From a virus (lineage: Duplodnaviria; Caudoviricetes), in IMG/VR virus record IMGVR_UViG_3300020220_002267, positions 1 to 55,260 of that record: DNA of 55,260 nt, one strand, 5' to 3'. Numbering within the stretch: the stretch's first letter is position 1; the number at the start of each line of letters is the position of its first letter. The translations under genes and the position numbers were made by a program. The notes below the pieces were generated by a model, which searched no databases, was not told the origin of the DNA, and was given only the letters and a program-made list of their open reading frames with translations. Below, one piece after another: positions 16,305 to 25,787 of this stretch.

Positions 16305-17345
16305 CTACCGAGCCAGAGGAGCGGTCACTCCGGCGGACGGAGCCACCTCGGCCTCGAGCCGCTCGATGGCGTAGCTGAAGTGAGGCACGAGGTAGCCGCT
16401 CTCGTCGAGCGTGGCGTGGAGGATGCCCGTGCTGAACTTGTACTTCCGGCCCGTCTCGACCTGGGTGACCTCGACGTTCGAGATGTGCGGCGGGAAGTTC
16501 TCGGGGTAGGCGAGTTGGGGCTTGACCATGGCGAAGTCGGCGAACCAGCCGCTCACCAACACCTGGCTGCCCGACCCGCACCGCGTCTCGGTGTAGATGC
16601 GCTTCCAGAAGTCCACATCCACTTCGCCAGCGACGGCAGCCCGGATCTTCTGGAGGTGCGGACGAATTCTCGCGAACCACGCAGCCGCCTTGTCGAGCCG
16701 AGCCGCCACGGCGTCGAGGTGCCCGAGGAGGTTGTCCCAGTCCTGGACCGTCCCCTCGACCCGCACCTTGGAGATGCCGCACATCAGCATGCTGTAGTTG
16801 TAGTAGGGGCTCACAGCATCGCAGAAGGCCGCCGCAGCCGCGATGTCGTAGCTCTCGGTCGCCGTCGAGAACTCGGGGAGGAACAGGTCCACTCCCATCG
16901 GCACGATGTCCCGAAGCTGCCCCACGAAGTCGCGAGGGTCGATCCCGTCCTCGGCCCAGCCGTAGACGGTGATGTCCTTCTTGCCGGGGGAGTCGGTGAA
17001 CAGGGCGCGGTAGTGCTCCGTGTTCCTCTTGATGTGCCCCGCCATCTCGGCGAGCACGATGTACCAGATGACCGTGGGGCTGATCACGACCCCGTGGTGG
17101 GTGTTGTACGCATACGTCATGTAGTCGTAGTAGCCCTTGATGTAGGCGTCCGCGTTCTCCGGGACCGTGGACTTGATGATGGCCTTCTCCTTGAGCTTCT
17201 TGGGCCAATTCCTGACAGGCACCGGGATGTCGACGTACTCGGCACCCGTCAGGGTGTTCAGGAACTCGGCGCGGGTCTTCTGCTCCCTCCTGTGCGCGTG
17301 GATCTTGACCGGCTGGAGGGAGGCGTCGACAACGATCTCAGGCAT
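16305..17345 (-). CDS. DUF4419-like protein
   Basis: AYNTHHGVVISPTVIW, PEFST, YYNYSMLMCGISKVRVEGTVQDW, GSGSQVLVSGW. Confidence 0.7.
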   Translation of the reverse strand: MPEIVVDASLQPVKIHAHRREQKTRAEFLNTLTGAEYVDIPVPVRNWPKKLKEKAIIKSTVPENADAYIKGYYDYMTYAYNTHHGVVISPTVIWYIVLAEMAGHIKRNTEHYRALFTDSPGKKDITVYGWAEDGIDPRDFVGQLRDIVPMGVDLFLPEFSTATESYDIAAAAAFCDAVSPYYNYSMLMCGISKVRVEGTVQDWDNLLGHLDAVAARLDKAAAWFARIRPHLQKIRAAVAGEVDVDFWKRIYTETRCGSGSQVLVSGWFADFAMVKPQLAYPENFPPHISNVEVTQVETGRKYKFSTGILHATLDESGYLVPHFSYAIERLEAEVAPSAGVTAPLAR

Positions 17346-17375
17346 GAGGTGGACTCCTGGAGCCCACCTACGCAA

Positions 17376-18704
17376 TCAGGCCAGCTTGTCGATCGCCTGG
17401 CGGATTCGAACCAGCCCTGCCTCGAGGGCTTCCGTGCTCACCGCACCCACGGAAATGCGGAACCACCCCGTGTCTTCCGTCAACCCGAACGCCTGGAAGG
17501 CGACCAGAGCCACCCGGGCCTCGTGAAGCAGGTACTGCCGGATGTCGTTGTTGGTCTTGAGCGTCATCCCGTTGGGGGATGACAGCCCGAGCACGTCGAA
17601 TCGGACCGAGGTGTAGATGGCCCCTTGTGGAGCCACCACCTCGACGGGGAGCCCGGCGGACTTCATGCCCTTGAAGAACATGTAGACCATCCCGAGCCGA
17701 AGCTGGAGCTTCTCGTGGAGTTCGGTTCGGAACTGGCTGTAGGCGGGCTCGTCGGCCAGGAACTTCGCGGCAGACGCCTGGACGGCTCGAGGAGCCCATC
17801 CTCCGATGTGGCCCATGAGGTCCCGCACCGGGTCGTACAGGTGCGGGGGGACGACGGCCCACCCGAGCCGAAGCCCCGTGCCCACCATCCACTTCGAGAT
17901 GGCGTCGATGTAGATCGCCCAGGGGGCGATCTCGGGCACCAACTCGATGGGGTGGTAGAACTTGTACTCCCCGAACGCCAGGGGCCAGTACACCTGGTCG
18001 AACAGCATGTAGACGGGGCGACGGTCCGGCCCCCGCTTCATGTTCTCCGACACGATGGCATCACAGATGCTCCGCAACCCCTCCTTCGAGATGACCGTCC
18101 CGCAGGGGTTGAGCGGGCTGTTCAGACAGAACAGGTGGACATCGGGGTCCGAGATCGCCTCCGCCACCTGGTCGGGCGTCGGCATGAAGTTCGTCCCGGC
18201 CGAGGTCGGGAGAGGCACACACTCGGCCCCACAGAGCTTCGTGTAGTAGTCGTTGTTCCAGCTTGGGACCGGGTAGACGACCTTCTCCCCGGGCTTCAGG
18301 AGCGCCCGGAACACCCCGTAGATGGGAGGCCGGGCCCCACCACAGATGACCACGGACTTCGCGGGGAACCGGATGTTGAGTTCCCGCTCGTAGAAGTCCA
18401 TCACCGCCTGTTGAAGCTCGGGAAGCCCGTCGGACGGAGGGTACTGGTTGCGACCCGCCAGCACCTCTGAAGCGAGGTCCGACAGGAACGACTCGGGAGC
18501 CCGGAACTGCTCGGGGGCGAAGTCCCCCACCGTCAGGTCACAGACCTCGACCCCCGTGGCCTTCAGCGCCCTCGCCTCGGAAGCTGCCGCCAAGATGCGC
18601 GACCCCTCCATCGTCAGGACTTCGTGCGAGAGGGCCTTCTCCCGCAAGTCGCGGGTGGTGGCGGGGTCACTGCCGGGAAGGAAATCAGACACACGGATGG
18701 GCAT
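17376..18704 (-). CDS. PLP-dependent aminotransferase class I/II (aspartate aminotransferase-like)
   Basis: YPPSDGLPEL, LNSPLNPCG, FDQVY, ISKWMVGTGLRLGW, PQGAIY, WFRIS. Confidence 0.92.
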   Translation of the reverse strand: MPIRVSDFLPGSDPATTRDLREKALSHEVLTMEGSRILAAASEARALKATGVEVCDLTVGDFAPEQFRAPESFLSDLASEVLAGRNQYPPSDGLPELQQAVMDFYERELNIRFPAKSVVICGGARPPIYGVFRALLKPGEKVVYPVPSWNNDYYTKLCGAECVPLPTSAGTNFMPTPDQVAEAISDPDVHLFCLNSPLNPCGTVISKEGLRSICDAIVSENMKRGPDRRPVYMLFDQVYWPLAFGEYKFYHPIELVPEIAPWAIYIDAISKWMVGTGLRLGWAVVPPHLYDPVRDLMGHIGGWAPRAVQASAAKFLADEPAYSQFRTELHEKLQLRLGMVYMFFKGMKSAGLPVEVVAPQGAIYTSVRFDVLGLSSPNGMTLKTNNDIRQYLLHEARVALVAFQAFGLTEDTGWFRISVGAVSTEALEAGLVRIRQAIDKLA

Positions 18705-18751
18705 GGGTCTCCTGGGGCGGTTGGGGCGATGACCACCCGTACCCATAGGGA

Positions 18752-19387
18752 CTACACCGATGCACGAACCCGTGTTTGTCCCAGGATCGCGGACACGTCG
18801 ATGCTCTCTCCATCCGCACGGTCTCGAACGGCCTGCAGAAGCGTGTGCAGCGAGCCCAGTTTGGACTGGTCGTACCGGAAGATGTTGCCGGGAGCCATCT
18901 GCTCGACCCCCTCGTTCCACGACTGAGCGGAAACGATGACCACCCCCCGAGGGCGACGGGCCAGCCAGCCCATGAAGTACGGAGGCCAGTCGTCCACGAG
19001 GACCCGCCCGTAGGCGATGGACTTGTTCTCGGTGATGGTGATCTCGACCTCGGGAGGTAGGTGCGTCCGGCACCACTCGACCTTCTCCGACCATGCGGCG
19101 GGCTTCCGAGACGGCCCCTTCGTCAGCACATGGATGGCGAAGCCATGTGTCCGAAGTGCCCCGAGGATGTCGAACCCCATCTCGAGACGGGGAAGCGCCC
19201 GCCACCAACCAGGCTGGAGGGAGATGACCCTGCGACGCGCTTCGAGCCAGTCAGGGAAATCGCCTCCTGGAGAGGGCTCGTACTCGGGCTCGCCGGGTGA
19301 CCGGAGCTTCTCCAGGTCACGCCTCATCACCCCGTCGTAGTCCACCAGGGTGCCGTCCATGTCTACCAAGGCGATGCGGTTGCTCAT
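18752..19387 (-). CDS. HAD-family 5'(3')-deoxyribonucleotidase
   Basis: LVDMDGTLVD, EKVEWCRTHLP, VLVDDWP. Confidence 0.85.
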   Translation of the reverse strand: MSNRIALVDMDGTLVDYDGVMRRDLEKLRSPGEPEYEPSPGGDFPDWLEARRRVISLQPGWWRALPRLEMGFDILGALRTHGFAIHVLTKGPSRKPAAWSEKVEWCRTHLPPEVEITITENKSIAYGRVLVDDWPPYFMGWLARRPRGVVIVSAQSWNEGVEQMAPGNIFRYDQSKLGSLHTLLQAVRDRADGESIDVSAILGQTRVRASV

Positions 19388-19410
19388 GCCCACCTCTACC
19401 CCATCGAGCG

Positions 19411-19436
19411 GTTCAGCTTCCTGGTCCGTCACGTAG
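19411..19436 (+). promoter_or_regulatory. Class-1 promoter motif GTTCAG-N15-CGTAG
   Basis: Followed by AGGAGG and ATG 19455. Confidence 0.7.
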
Positions 19437-19454
19437 TAGAAGTAGGAGGCCCAG

Positions 19455-20045
19455 ATGCCCAGCGGCAAAGCAGAGTTCTTCAAGCTCATCGAGGCCACCC
19501 TCGACCGGAAGTCCGCGCTTCGGATCCGCTTTGCCTACCGGCTGGCCAAGGACATCCACCGCAACCAGCGTCGCAAGGCCGTCCGCGAGGGGGAGAACCC
19601 CCGCTACTTCGAGCACCCGCGTGAGGTGGCTCTCATCTCGATGAAGCACTCGATGGACCCCGACCTGATCATCGCGTGCCTTCTCCACGACACCATCGAG
19701 GACGGCGGAGGCGACATCCTCGACGCCGAGGAGATCGAGATGTTCCTGGGCACCGAGGTCATCACCATCGTCCGGATGGTGTCGAAGGTCCCCAAGGAAG
19801 GCTTCCACGAGCGGTTCGCCTCCTACTCGGACTGGAGGGCTCGGTGGGTCAAGGCGTGCGACCGCCTCCACAACCTCCGCACCCTGCCCCCAGGGGATGC
19901 GGCCTTCCGCCAGAAGCAGATCACGGAGACGATGACCCAGTACCAACCCCTGTTCGAGGAGATGGTCACGATGGTGCCCGAGACCTACAAGAAGGGCGCT
20001 CGAGCCATCGTGGACGGGATCTACCGCGCGATGACGATGCCCTGA
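19455..20045 (+). CDS. Stand-alone RelA/SpoT-type HD hydrolase (small alarmone hydrolase / Mesh1-like)
   Basis: HRNQRRK, YFEHP, CLLHDTIED, VKACDRLHNLRT. Confidence 0.85.
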   Translation: MPSGKAEFFKLIEATLDRKSALRIRFAYRLAKDIHRNQRRKAVREGENPRYFEHPREVALISMKHSMDPDLIIACLLHDTIEDGGGDILDAEEIEMFLGTEVITIVRMVSKVPKEGFHERFASYSDWRARWVKACDRLHNLRTLPPGDAAFRQKQITETMTQYQPLFEEMVTMVPETYKKGARAIVDGIYRAMTMP

Positions 20046-20049
20046 AACG

Positions 20050-20670
20050 CGAAACCCCGGCTGGGCTTCCCTTTTCAGGGTCCCAACCGGGGTTTCATCC
20101 CGCTCACCAGGGGCTCCCTTTCGGGAGGTTGGTGGTCCTCACCCTTTCGAGTGAGTCTGGCCTCCGAGGAGGATAGGGGGGGTGCCTTTCGGCCCGAGTC
20201 TCGGCTCCTGCTCACTCTCGGGCCTCACTGTGAGGGCCGATTCCCTCACTCCACCCGATCGTCTTGCAGGTACTCGGCGGTCACTCCACTCGGTCGCTTG
20301 TCGTCCTCTGCCTTTTGGGGCTTCAGCACGACCTCCGACTTGCCCGCCGTTACAACCCCTTTCGGGGAGCGGCGGTCCGAGACTTGTCATCCGGTCTCCC
20401 GGAGTGATGTCTCGGTCCCCGTGGTCCTGTTACATCGGGACCGTTGCCTGGTAGGTTTCTGTCCGACCGTCGCCGGACTCCCTTCCCAAGCGTCCGAGAG
20501 GTCTGCCGGTGGAAGATGTCGGCTTTCGCCGTTCCTCTACCGACCTCCCACTCCTCCGCTTTCGCTTCGGACTGGGCCCCCTCTCGTAGGGGTGGAGTGC
20601 CCTCGTTGGGGTGGGCTCTGTCTCCCCGATTGCTCGGCTCGACTTCGGCACCGCCCTTCCGTCTGGCCCC
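20050..20670 (-). ncRNA. Large highly structured non-coding RNA (~600 nt), GOLLD/ROOL-like size class
   Basis: No credible ORF; at least seven GNRA-capped hairpins on the minus strand; ends in gaaaccccgg/ccggggtttc terminator stem. Confidence 0.7.
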
Positions 20671-20737
20671 CACCAAGTAGCACGACCCCGGGATCGTGCA
20701 ACCCGCACCCCAAACTTTTCTCAACTTTCTTCAAACG

Positions 20738-22081
20738 CTAGGGTGGAGGCCGGAAAGAAGTTTCGAGGAACGCGGCCAGCCGATCTCGAACGCCCTCGGG
20801 GTCCTCTTTCACCTCGGACTCCCACACGATGAGACACGCGATCCCCACGCCCCTATAGGCGTCGATGAGGTCGGACTCGTGCTCGAACGGGGCCTTGCCC
20901 GTGAACATCCGCGAGTGCCAGAAATCACCGAACGCCTCGACCACGCGGGTGACACCCTTCTTCGGCTTCGCAGGGTCGGGACCGGGCACGATGAAGTCCG
21001 GGTTCTTGTAGTGTCCCAGCTTCGGGAGATGCCGCCACCATCGCCGATCTCCGGTATAAACGAGCGCATCGGGAGATGGGGCGAGGGCACAGACTTGGGC
21101 CTCCAACCCGTTCATCCCAGACTTCGGCCGGGCAAGCATCCCCGGCCACGCCAAATCCGGGAAGTTGACCTTGAAAGTGGTCAACACCCTATCCCACGCG
21201 CCCGGCGTCTTCATCCAGTGATCGACCCCGTATTTCTCGACGAGGACATGTCGAATCTCCTCCTTCCCCTCCTCCGACGCGAACCAGTGTGTGCCATACC
21301 TCGCGTGGTGCGTCTCCAACTGCTTCCGCCGCACCTCAGGGTCCATGCAGGTGTGAGGCACGCCATACCTGGCGAGGTTCGTTGCAACCACCTTCGCCTG
21401 CACCTCGGGTGTCCCTCCCGCGAATGCCGCCCCGTACCTCTCCAGGTTCGTCACCTCCGCCTTCGCCCGAATCACCGGGGAGCCGAGCAGTTCGCCCTCG
21501 TACCGTTCCTCGTTGGTGGCTTTCGTCCGAGCCCGAATCTCTGGCACCTGCTGCGGGTTCTCCGCCCCGTGTCTCTCCAGCATCGACTCGCGGATCCTCT
21601 CCCTCACCGACTCTGACGCAAACGGGTTCTCCGCCCCGTGCCTTGCCATGCACGTCGCCTTCCTCTTCGCGTTCGACTCGGGGATGTAGTCGTTGTGCTC
21701 GACCCCGTAGCGATCAAGCATCGTCGCCCGACTCCGGGCCTTGATCTCCTCCGACTGGAACAGGTTGTCCACGCCGTACTTGGCCTTCACGGTCGCCTGC
21801 CGCCGGGCCACCACATCAGGAGCCTGTGAGGCATCTTCGACCCCGTAGAGAGAGAGGTTCGTTGCCATCCGTCGCTCGGATGCCACGACCTCCACGTCTC
21901 GGGAGAGCCATGTTTCGCACGTCCTCCGGTGCCGCTTCATCTGGGTCAAAGACGTCGAGACGTGCCCGCAGAGACAAGGTGGGACAGTCGAGGAGCGCGA
22001 AGGATCGCAAACCGCGATGTGGCGGGAGTTTAGCTTCTCGCCGGGAAACTCACGAGAACAGTGCGGACATGTGGTTGGCAT
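20738..22081 (-). CDS. Free-standing endonuclease: Zn fingers, ~24-aa YGV repeats, C-terminal Vsr/PD-(D/E)XK-like domain
   Basis: About ten (Y/H)GVxN-like repeats; NPDF...VEAFGDFWH...LIVWESE; TTGTGC-N17-TATCCT promoter 7 nt before ATG. Confidence 0.75.
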   Translation of the reverse strand: MPTTCPHCSREFPGEKLNSRHIAVCDPSRSSTVPPCLCGHVSTSLTQMKRHRRTCETWLSRDVEVVASERRMATNLSLYGVEDASQAPDVVARRQATVKAKYGVDNLFQSEEIKARSRATMLDRYGVEHNDYIPESNAKRKATCMARHGAENPFASESVRERIRESMLERHGAENPQQVPEIRARTKATNEERYEGELLGSPVIRAKAEVTNLERYGAAFAGGTPEVQAKVVATNLARYGVPHTCMDPEVRRKQLETHHARYGTHWFASEEGKEEIRHVLVEKYGVDHWMKTPGAWDRVLTTFKVNFPDLAWPGMLARPKSGMNGLEAQVCALAPSPDALVYTGDRRWWRHLPKLGHYKNPDFIVPGPDPAKPKKGVTRVVEAFGDFWHSRMFTGKAPFEHESDLIDAYRGVGIACLIVWESEVKEDPEGVRDRLAAFLETSFRPPP

Positions 22082-22157
22082 ACCTCAGAGGATAGCCGAA
22101 GCCCATACACCGCACAATATGAGTCGTGTATTGTCTAGGGACAACGCCGAAAAAAAC

Positions 22158-23066
22158 TCAAACAAAGTTCCTCGGTGACAGCACACCCCGACCCACATGG
22201 GGGCCGAAGGCGGAGCGCACACCGATTCCGAACCGGGGCTGCTTGAGGCCGCGCATGAACTTGGTCGTGCGAGACTTCGCCTCGGTGAGCTTGTCCCACT
22301 GTTCTTCGGCGTTCCGCTTCAGGTCCATGTACCCGGCGGACTTGTTGATGTTGAGCGAGATGCCGCCGATGGAGTAGTCGAACTCGTCCGCCACCCAGTT
22401 GAACGCCAACGCCATCGCGGCATGGACCACAGCCCCCCACAGGAGAGCCGCCTTCCACGCGGGCTTGCTGGAGCAGATGGCGTTGAGGTCACACAGTTCC
22501 TCCGTCTCGGGAGGCTGCATGTTCCACTTGTCGAGAGCCATGCGGAGGAACTCGAGAAGCTCCTCGTCCGTCCAGATGTAGCCGAACACCTGGTTGTAGC
22601 ACCCGACCGTGGATTCGCTCTCCGGAGGGCGGAAGTGGTAGTTCTTGTCCGGATTGTTGTCGCGGAGCATGAACCGGAGCTTCCGCACCAGGTCCGCTTC
22701 ACACTGGGACATGACCGCCGTGCCCCCGCTCGAACCCACGTCGGTGGTCGTCGAGACGATGGCGAACTCCTGGACGACCTGCTGTGCGGGAGTGGCTGAA
22801 GTCTCCTGGAACGTCCAACGGATGCGGTAGTCACCAGGCTGTGCCGACAGGGGGACCATGAGCGAGGCGTAGTACTCGCCCACCGCTGGGTTCATCGGAG
22901 TGCGTGCCGCTGGCGGGATGAGCACTTCGACCTGCGTGGCGGGGTCCACGTAGTAGATGGCGTAGGTGAGGGAGTACGCATTGATCGCGTTCCCCGACGA
23001 ATTGGTGAGGAAGATGTCGAGGTCGCCTCGACTCAGCGTCTGGCCCGGCTGAAAGACGACGCCCAT
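22158..23066 (-). CDS. Probable virion structural protein (head-tail connector-like)
   Basis: GGAGG SD, class-2 motif at 23093; beta-rich N-terminus plus helical LRFMLRD...TDEELLEFL domain. Confidence 0.55.
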   Translation of the reverse strand: MGVVFQPGQTLSRGDLDIFLTNSSGNAINAYSLTYAIYYVDPATQVEVLIPPAARTPMNPAVGEYYASLMVPLSAQPGDYRIRWTFQETSATPAQQVVQEFAIVSTTTDVGSSGGTAVMSQCEADLVRKLRFMLRDNNPDKNYHFRPPESESTVGCYNQVFGYIWTDEELLEFLRMALDKWNMQPPETEELCDLNAICSSKPAWKAALLWGAVVHAAMALAFNWVADEFDYSIGGISLNINKSAGYMDLKRNAEEQWDKLTEAKSRTTKFMRGLKQPRFGIGVRSAFGPHVGRGVLSPRNFV

Positions 23067-23119
23067 CGCGGCTCCTCCACCTTTCTGTAGGGATAGGCAC
23101 GATACCGACCCCCGGTAGG

Positions 23120-24001
23120 ATGAGCCCGGAGGATCTCATGGCAGAGTTCGCCGCCTACCGGGCAACCAAGGCTTTCCACATCGGGCAGATCCGGGTTGAT
23201 GTGAAGCCGGGCGACGTGCTCTTGTTCGATGGGGTCTCCACCCAGATCGCGGGGGCCACTCACACGATCCCTCTCGTGGAGAAGGTCATCAAGGCGGGGT
23301 GGCTCGCCCCGGCCCCGGATGCCTTCGCCCTCGCGGTCCCTGTCCCCACGCCCGAGGTCGAGGCCAAGGCCGAACCCATCCCCTTCGCCTCGCCGGAGGC
23401 GAAGGCTGCGGACGGTGTTCGACCCGAGGCGGGCAAACAGCACGTCTGGGAGGGTGGCCCCAACGACTGGCTCAACTCCGGGGACGGAATGACGTGCAAG
23501 GTCTGCGGGGTCACGTTGTTGCCCGAGTGGAAGCTGATCCGGACTGACCGGATGCGTGGGAACGGGAAACAGCAGTTCCACTACCGGGACGCACACGGGG
23601 TTCAGTTCTCCTCGTTCACCGAACTCTCATGCCCGACCTACCTCGGGGACGCGGCCAGTGCGGCGGCACAGACCAAGGAGGTCGTCCGCAACGTTCGGGG
23701 CCAGGTGGATGCCGTCGAGGGGCGTGTGGGCGGCGTTGAGGACCGCGTGGAGACGGTCGAGGCCAGGTTGCAACGCCTCGAGGCGGAGAACGAACTCCTC
23801 ATGCAGCAACTGTCGGAGCGCCCCATGGTGGACGCCACCCAGGTGGCAGAGGCCCTCTACGCCATCATGGAGCGCAAGGTGGCCGAGTCCAAGGCTCTCG
23901 GGGAGGGCGGAGTGAAGTACCTGCCCTTGCCCAGCGTGGACGAGATGACACAGGAGATCCGCGTCCCTGTGCCCGTGGTCGTGCTGCGCGAGGACGAGTA
24001 G
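23120..24001 (+). CDS. Hypothetical coiled-coil protein; N-terminal domain paralogous to 29495..30514
   Basis: FHIGQ..GDVLLFDG..AGWLAPA; heptad VEGRVGGVEDRVETVEARL. Confidence 0.7.
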   Translation: MSPEDLMAEFAAYRATKAFHIGQIRVDVKPGDVLLFDGVSTQIAGATHTIPLVEKVIKAGWLAPAPDAFALAVPVPTPEVEAKAEPIPFASPEAKAADGVRPEAGKQHVWEGGPNDWLNSGDGMTCKVCGVTLLPEWKLIRTDRMRGNGKQQFHYRDAHGVQFSSFTELSCPTYLGDAASAAAQTKEVVRNVRGQVDAVEGRVGGVEDRVETVEARLQRLEAENELLMQQLSERPMVDATQVAEALYAIMERKVAESKALGEGGVKYLPLPSVDEMTQEIRVPVPVVVLREDE

Positions 24002-24002
24002 C

Positions 24003-24251
24003 TCAGCCGCTGTGGACGAGGGCCTTGAACGCCTTGATCTCTTCGGCGTAGGGGCGGGCCGCCACCTTCGAGATGTTGTTGAAGAACTGGAGCTTGAGGT
24101 CGTCCAGCCCTTCCTGGTCAGCGAACATGAAGAACGCCCGCTTTTCCTCTCGGGTGATCCCCTGGAACTCCACGCCTGCCACTTTCAGGTAGGCCGCCAG
24201 GTAGAGGTCCGAGGTGCGGAACTGCGACTTCGGCTTGTGTAGGGTGCTCAT
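24003..24251 (-). CDS. DUF5659-like small protein
   Basis: FRTSDLYLAAYL motif. Confidence 0.65.
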   Translation of the reverse strand: MSTLHKPKSQFRTSDLYLAAYLKVAGVEFQGITREEKRAFFMFADQEGLDDLKLQFFNNISKVAARPYAEEIKAFKALVHSG

Positions 24252-24279
24252 CGGGTTTTCTCCATAGGGTCTAACGACA

Positions 24280-24309
24280 AAGGGGGTGGGATTGGAGCCC
24301 CACCCCCTT
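24280..24309 (-). terminator. Terminator after 24334..24978
   Basis: 11-bp stem aagggggtggg/cccaccccctt. Confidence 0.65.
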
Positions 24310-24333
24310 CGCGGGGTTCACTCTACCGAGTGA

Positions 24334-24978
24334 CTACATCAGCGCGCCGGTGTCGTCGTAGACGACAACCGCTGCACCGGTGGTGCCACCGTACTCGAAG
24401 GAGGCGGACTTGAAGCCCGCCAGGTGCCCCTCGGCCGAGGAGATGTTCAGGGCGAACGAGTCGTAGGTCGCGCGGTAGGTGCCCGTGGTGAAGGCACCGG
24501 CCTGCGAACCCTTGAAGGCCGCACCGGAGTTCGCACCCGTGCCCTGCGGAACGACGTACTCACCGCCCGCGAGGATCTGGAGGAGTTCGGCGAGCGAGCC
24601 GACGGAGCCGTTTCCGTCCAGTTCGGTCGCCGCAACAACGGTTGCGAGGGCCGTGTTGACGTTGGCGAGCGTCATCGCCGTACCGGCGTCGAGCACCGCA
24701 ATGACGGCGGTGGCCATCGAGTTGGCCTGAGTCGCCGTGAGGGCGTTGCCCGTGCCACCGTGAGCCACGGAGTCGAGGATGTAGGCGGCCAGACCACTGT
24801 ACGCCGCCGACGTCACGTTCGACGACACGGCGACCGTGTCGTTCTGGAGCCGGTTGACGTACTTGGTCTGCCCGGCCGGGTCGTAGATGCTGTTCCGCAG
24901 CGACGTGTTGGGAACCAGGTCGAGAACCTGGAGGGTCCCATTGGGGATGTCGGAACGGATCATCGCGATGTACGGCAT
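24334..24978 (-). CDS. Probable virion structural protein (Ala/Thr/Gly-rich)
   Basis: AGGAG SD, class-2 variant at 25021, own terminator, strong codon bias. Confidence 0.6.
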   Translation of the reverse strand: MPYIAMIRSDIPNGTLQVLDLVPNTSLRNSIYDPAGQTKYVNRLQNDTVAVSSNVTSAAYSGLAAYILDSVAHGGTGNALTATQANSMATAVIAVLDAGTAMTLANVNTALATVVAATELDGNGSVGSLAELLQILAGGEYVVPQGTGANSGAAFKGSQAGAFTTGTYRATYDSFALNISSAEGHLAGFKSASFEYGGTTGAAVVVYDDTGALM

Positions 24979-25039
24979 GGTGAACTCCTGGACCTGCGGT
25001 CCTCTATGATGGGGAGGTTTATCGAACGACTACCGAACG

Positions 25040-25729
25040 TCACGCCATTTCGGCGTTGACGACAGCGAAGAAGACACTGAACGGAACGGTTGCTCCGTCT
25101 CCACGCACGAACACCTCGGACACCGCCCCATCTGGGAGAAGGATGGTTTGGTTCGCCAAGACCTCGAACTCTGGGAGTCCGGGGCTGAACGACACGTAGA
25201 TGGAAGCTGCTCCGCTGTTGGTGATGGTCGAGGAGTCCGCAAATCGCGGGAGGACGAAGTGGAGGGCTCCGGCTGGGGGCACACCCGTCGAGGAGGCCGC
25301 AACGTTCGGAGCCGTGCCCGAAACCGTGAGGTTCGGGCGTGTGGTGACGAAGAACCCTGGCGGAGGAACAATCAGAATGGGGCCCGCTGGCCGGAACGTC
25401 CCACCCGCGTTCCGCTCATTGACCCGGAGGTAGCCTCCGGCGGCATCGTGGGGGAGCGCCCCACCACCCACCCAGTAGTCCTCGGGGTCGTACTGGGCGA
25501 AGGTCAGCCCACGGTTGGTGTAGATCGAGCGACCCACCTTCCGGTCCCGGATGGAAGGCGACTGGAACGTGGCCCCTTGAGCCACCGTGAACATCGTCGT
25601 CGTGCCCGCAAAGGCGGCGTCCAACGTGTTGGATGCCCCAACACGATAGGCCATGACATCGGGCTTGTTGGTGAAAACAAGCTCGACGAAGCGTTCGTAT
25701 CGGTTGGTGAGGCGCGGCGAGGTGGGCAT
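25040..25729 (-). CDS. Probable virion structural protein (beta-rich)
   Basis: Class-2 motif at 25766; continuous ORF. Confidence 0.55.
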   Translation of the reverse strand: MPTSPRLTNRYERFVELVFTNKPDVMAYRVGASNTLDAAFAGTTTMFTVAQGATFQSPSIRDRKVGRSIYTNRGLTFAQYDPEDYWVGGGALPHDAAGGYLRVNERNAGGTFRPAGPILIVPPPGFFVTTRPNLTVSGTAPNVAASSTGVPPAGALHFVLPRFADSSTITNSGAASIYVSFSPGLPEFEVLANQTILLPDGAVSEVFVRGDGATVPFSVFFAVVNAEMA

Positions 25730-25787
25730 CGAGTGATCTACTCCGAAGCTCACCCAGCGCGGGGGATAGGCTGGCTACCGAACCCCC

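Noticed and set aside
20139-20741. Small ORFs in the 20.1-20.7 kb gap; RNase P RNA
   Set aside because: ORFs lack SD and codon bias; the RNase P P4 signatures (GAGGAAAGUCC, ACAGAA..CGGCUUA) were not found by eye
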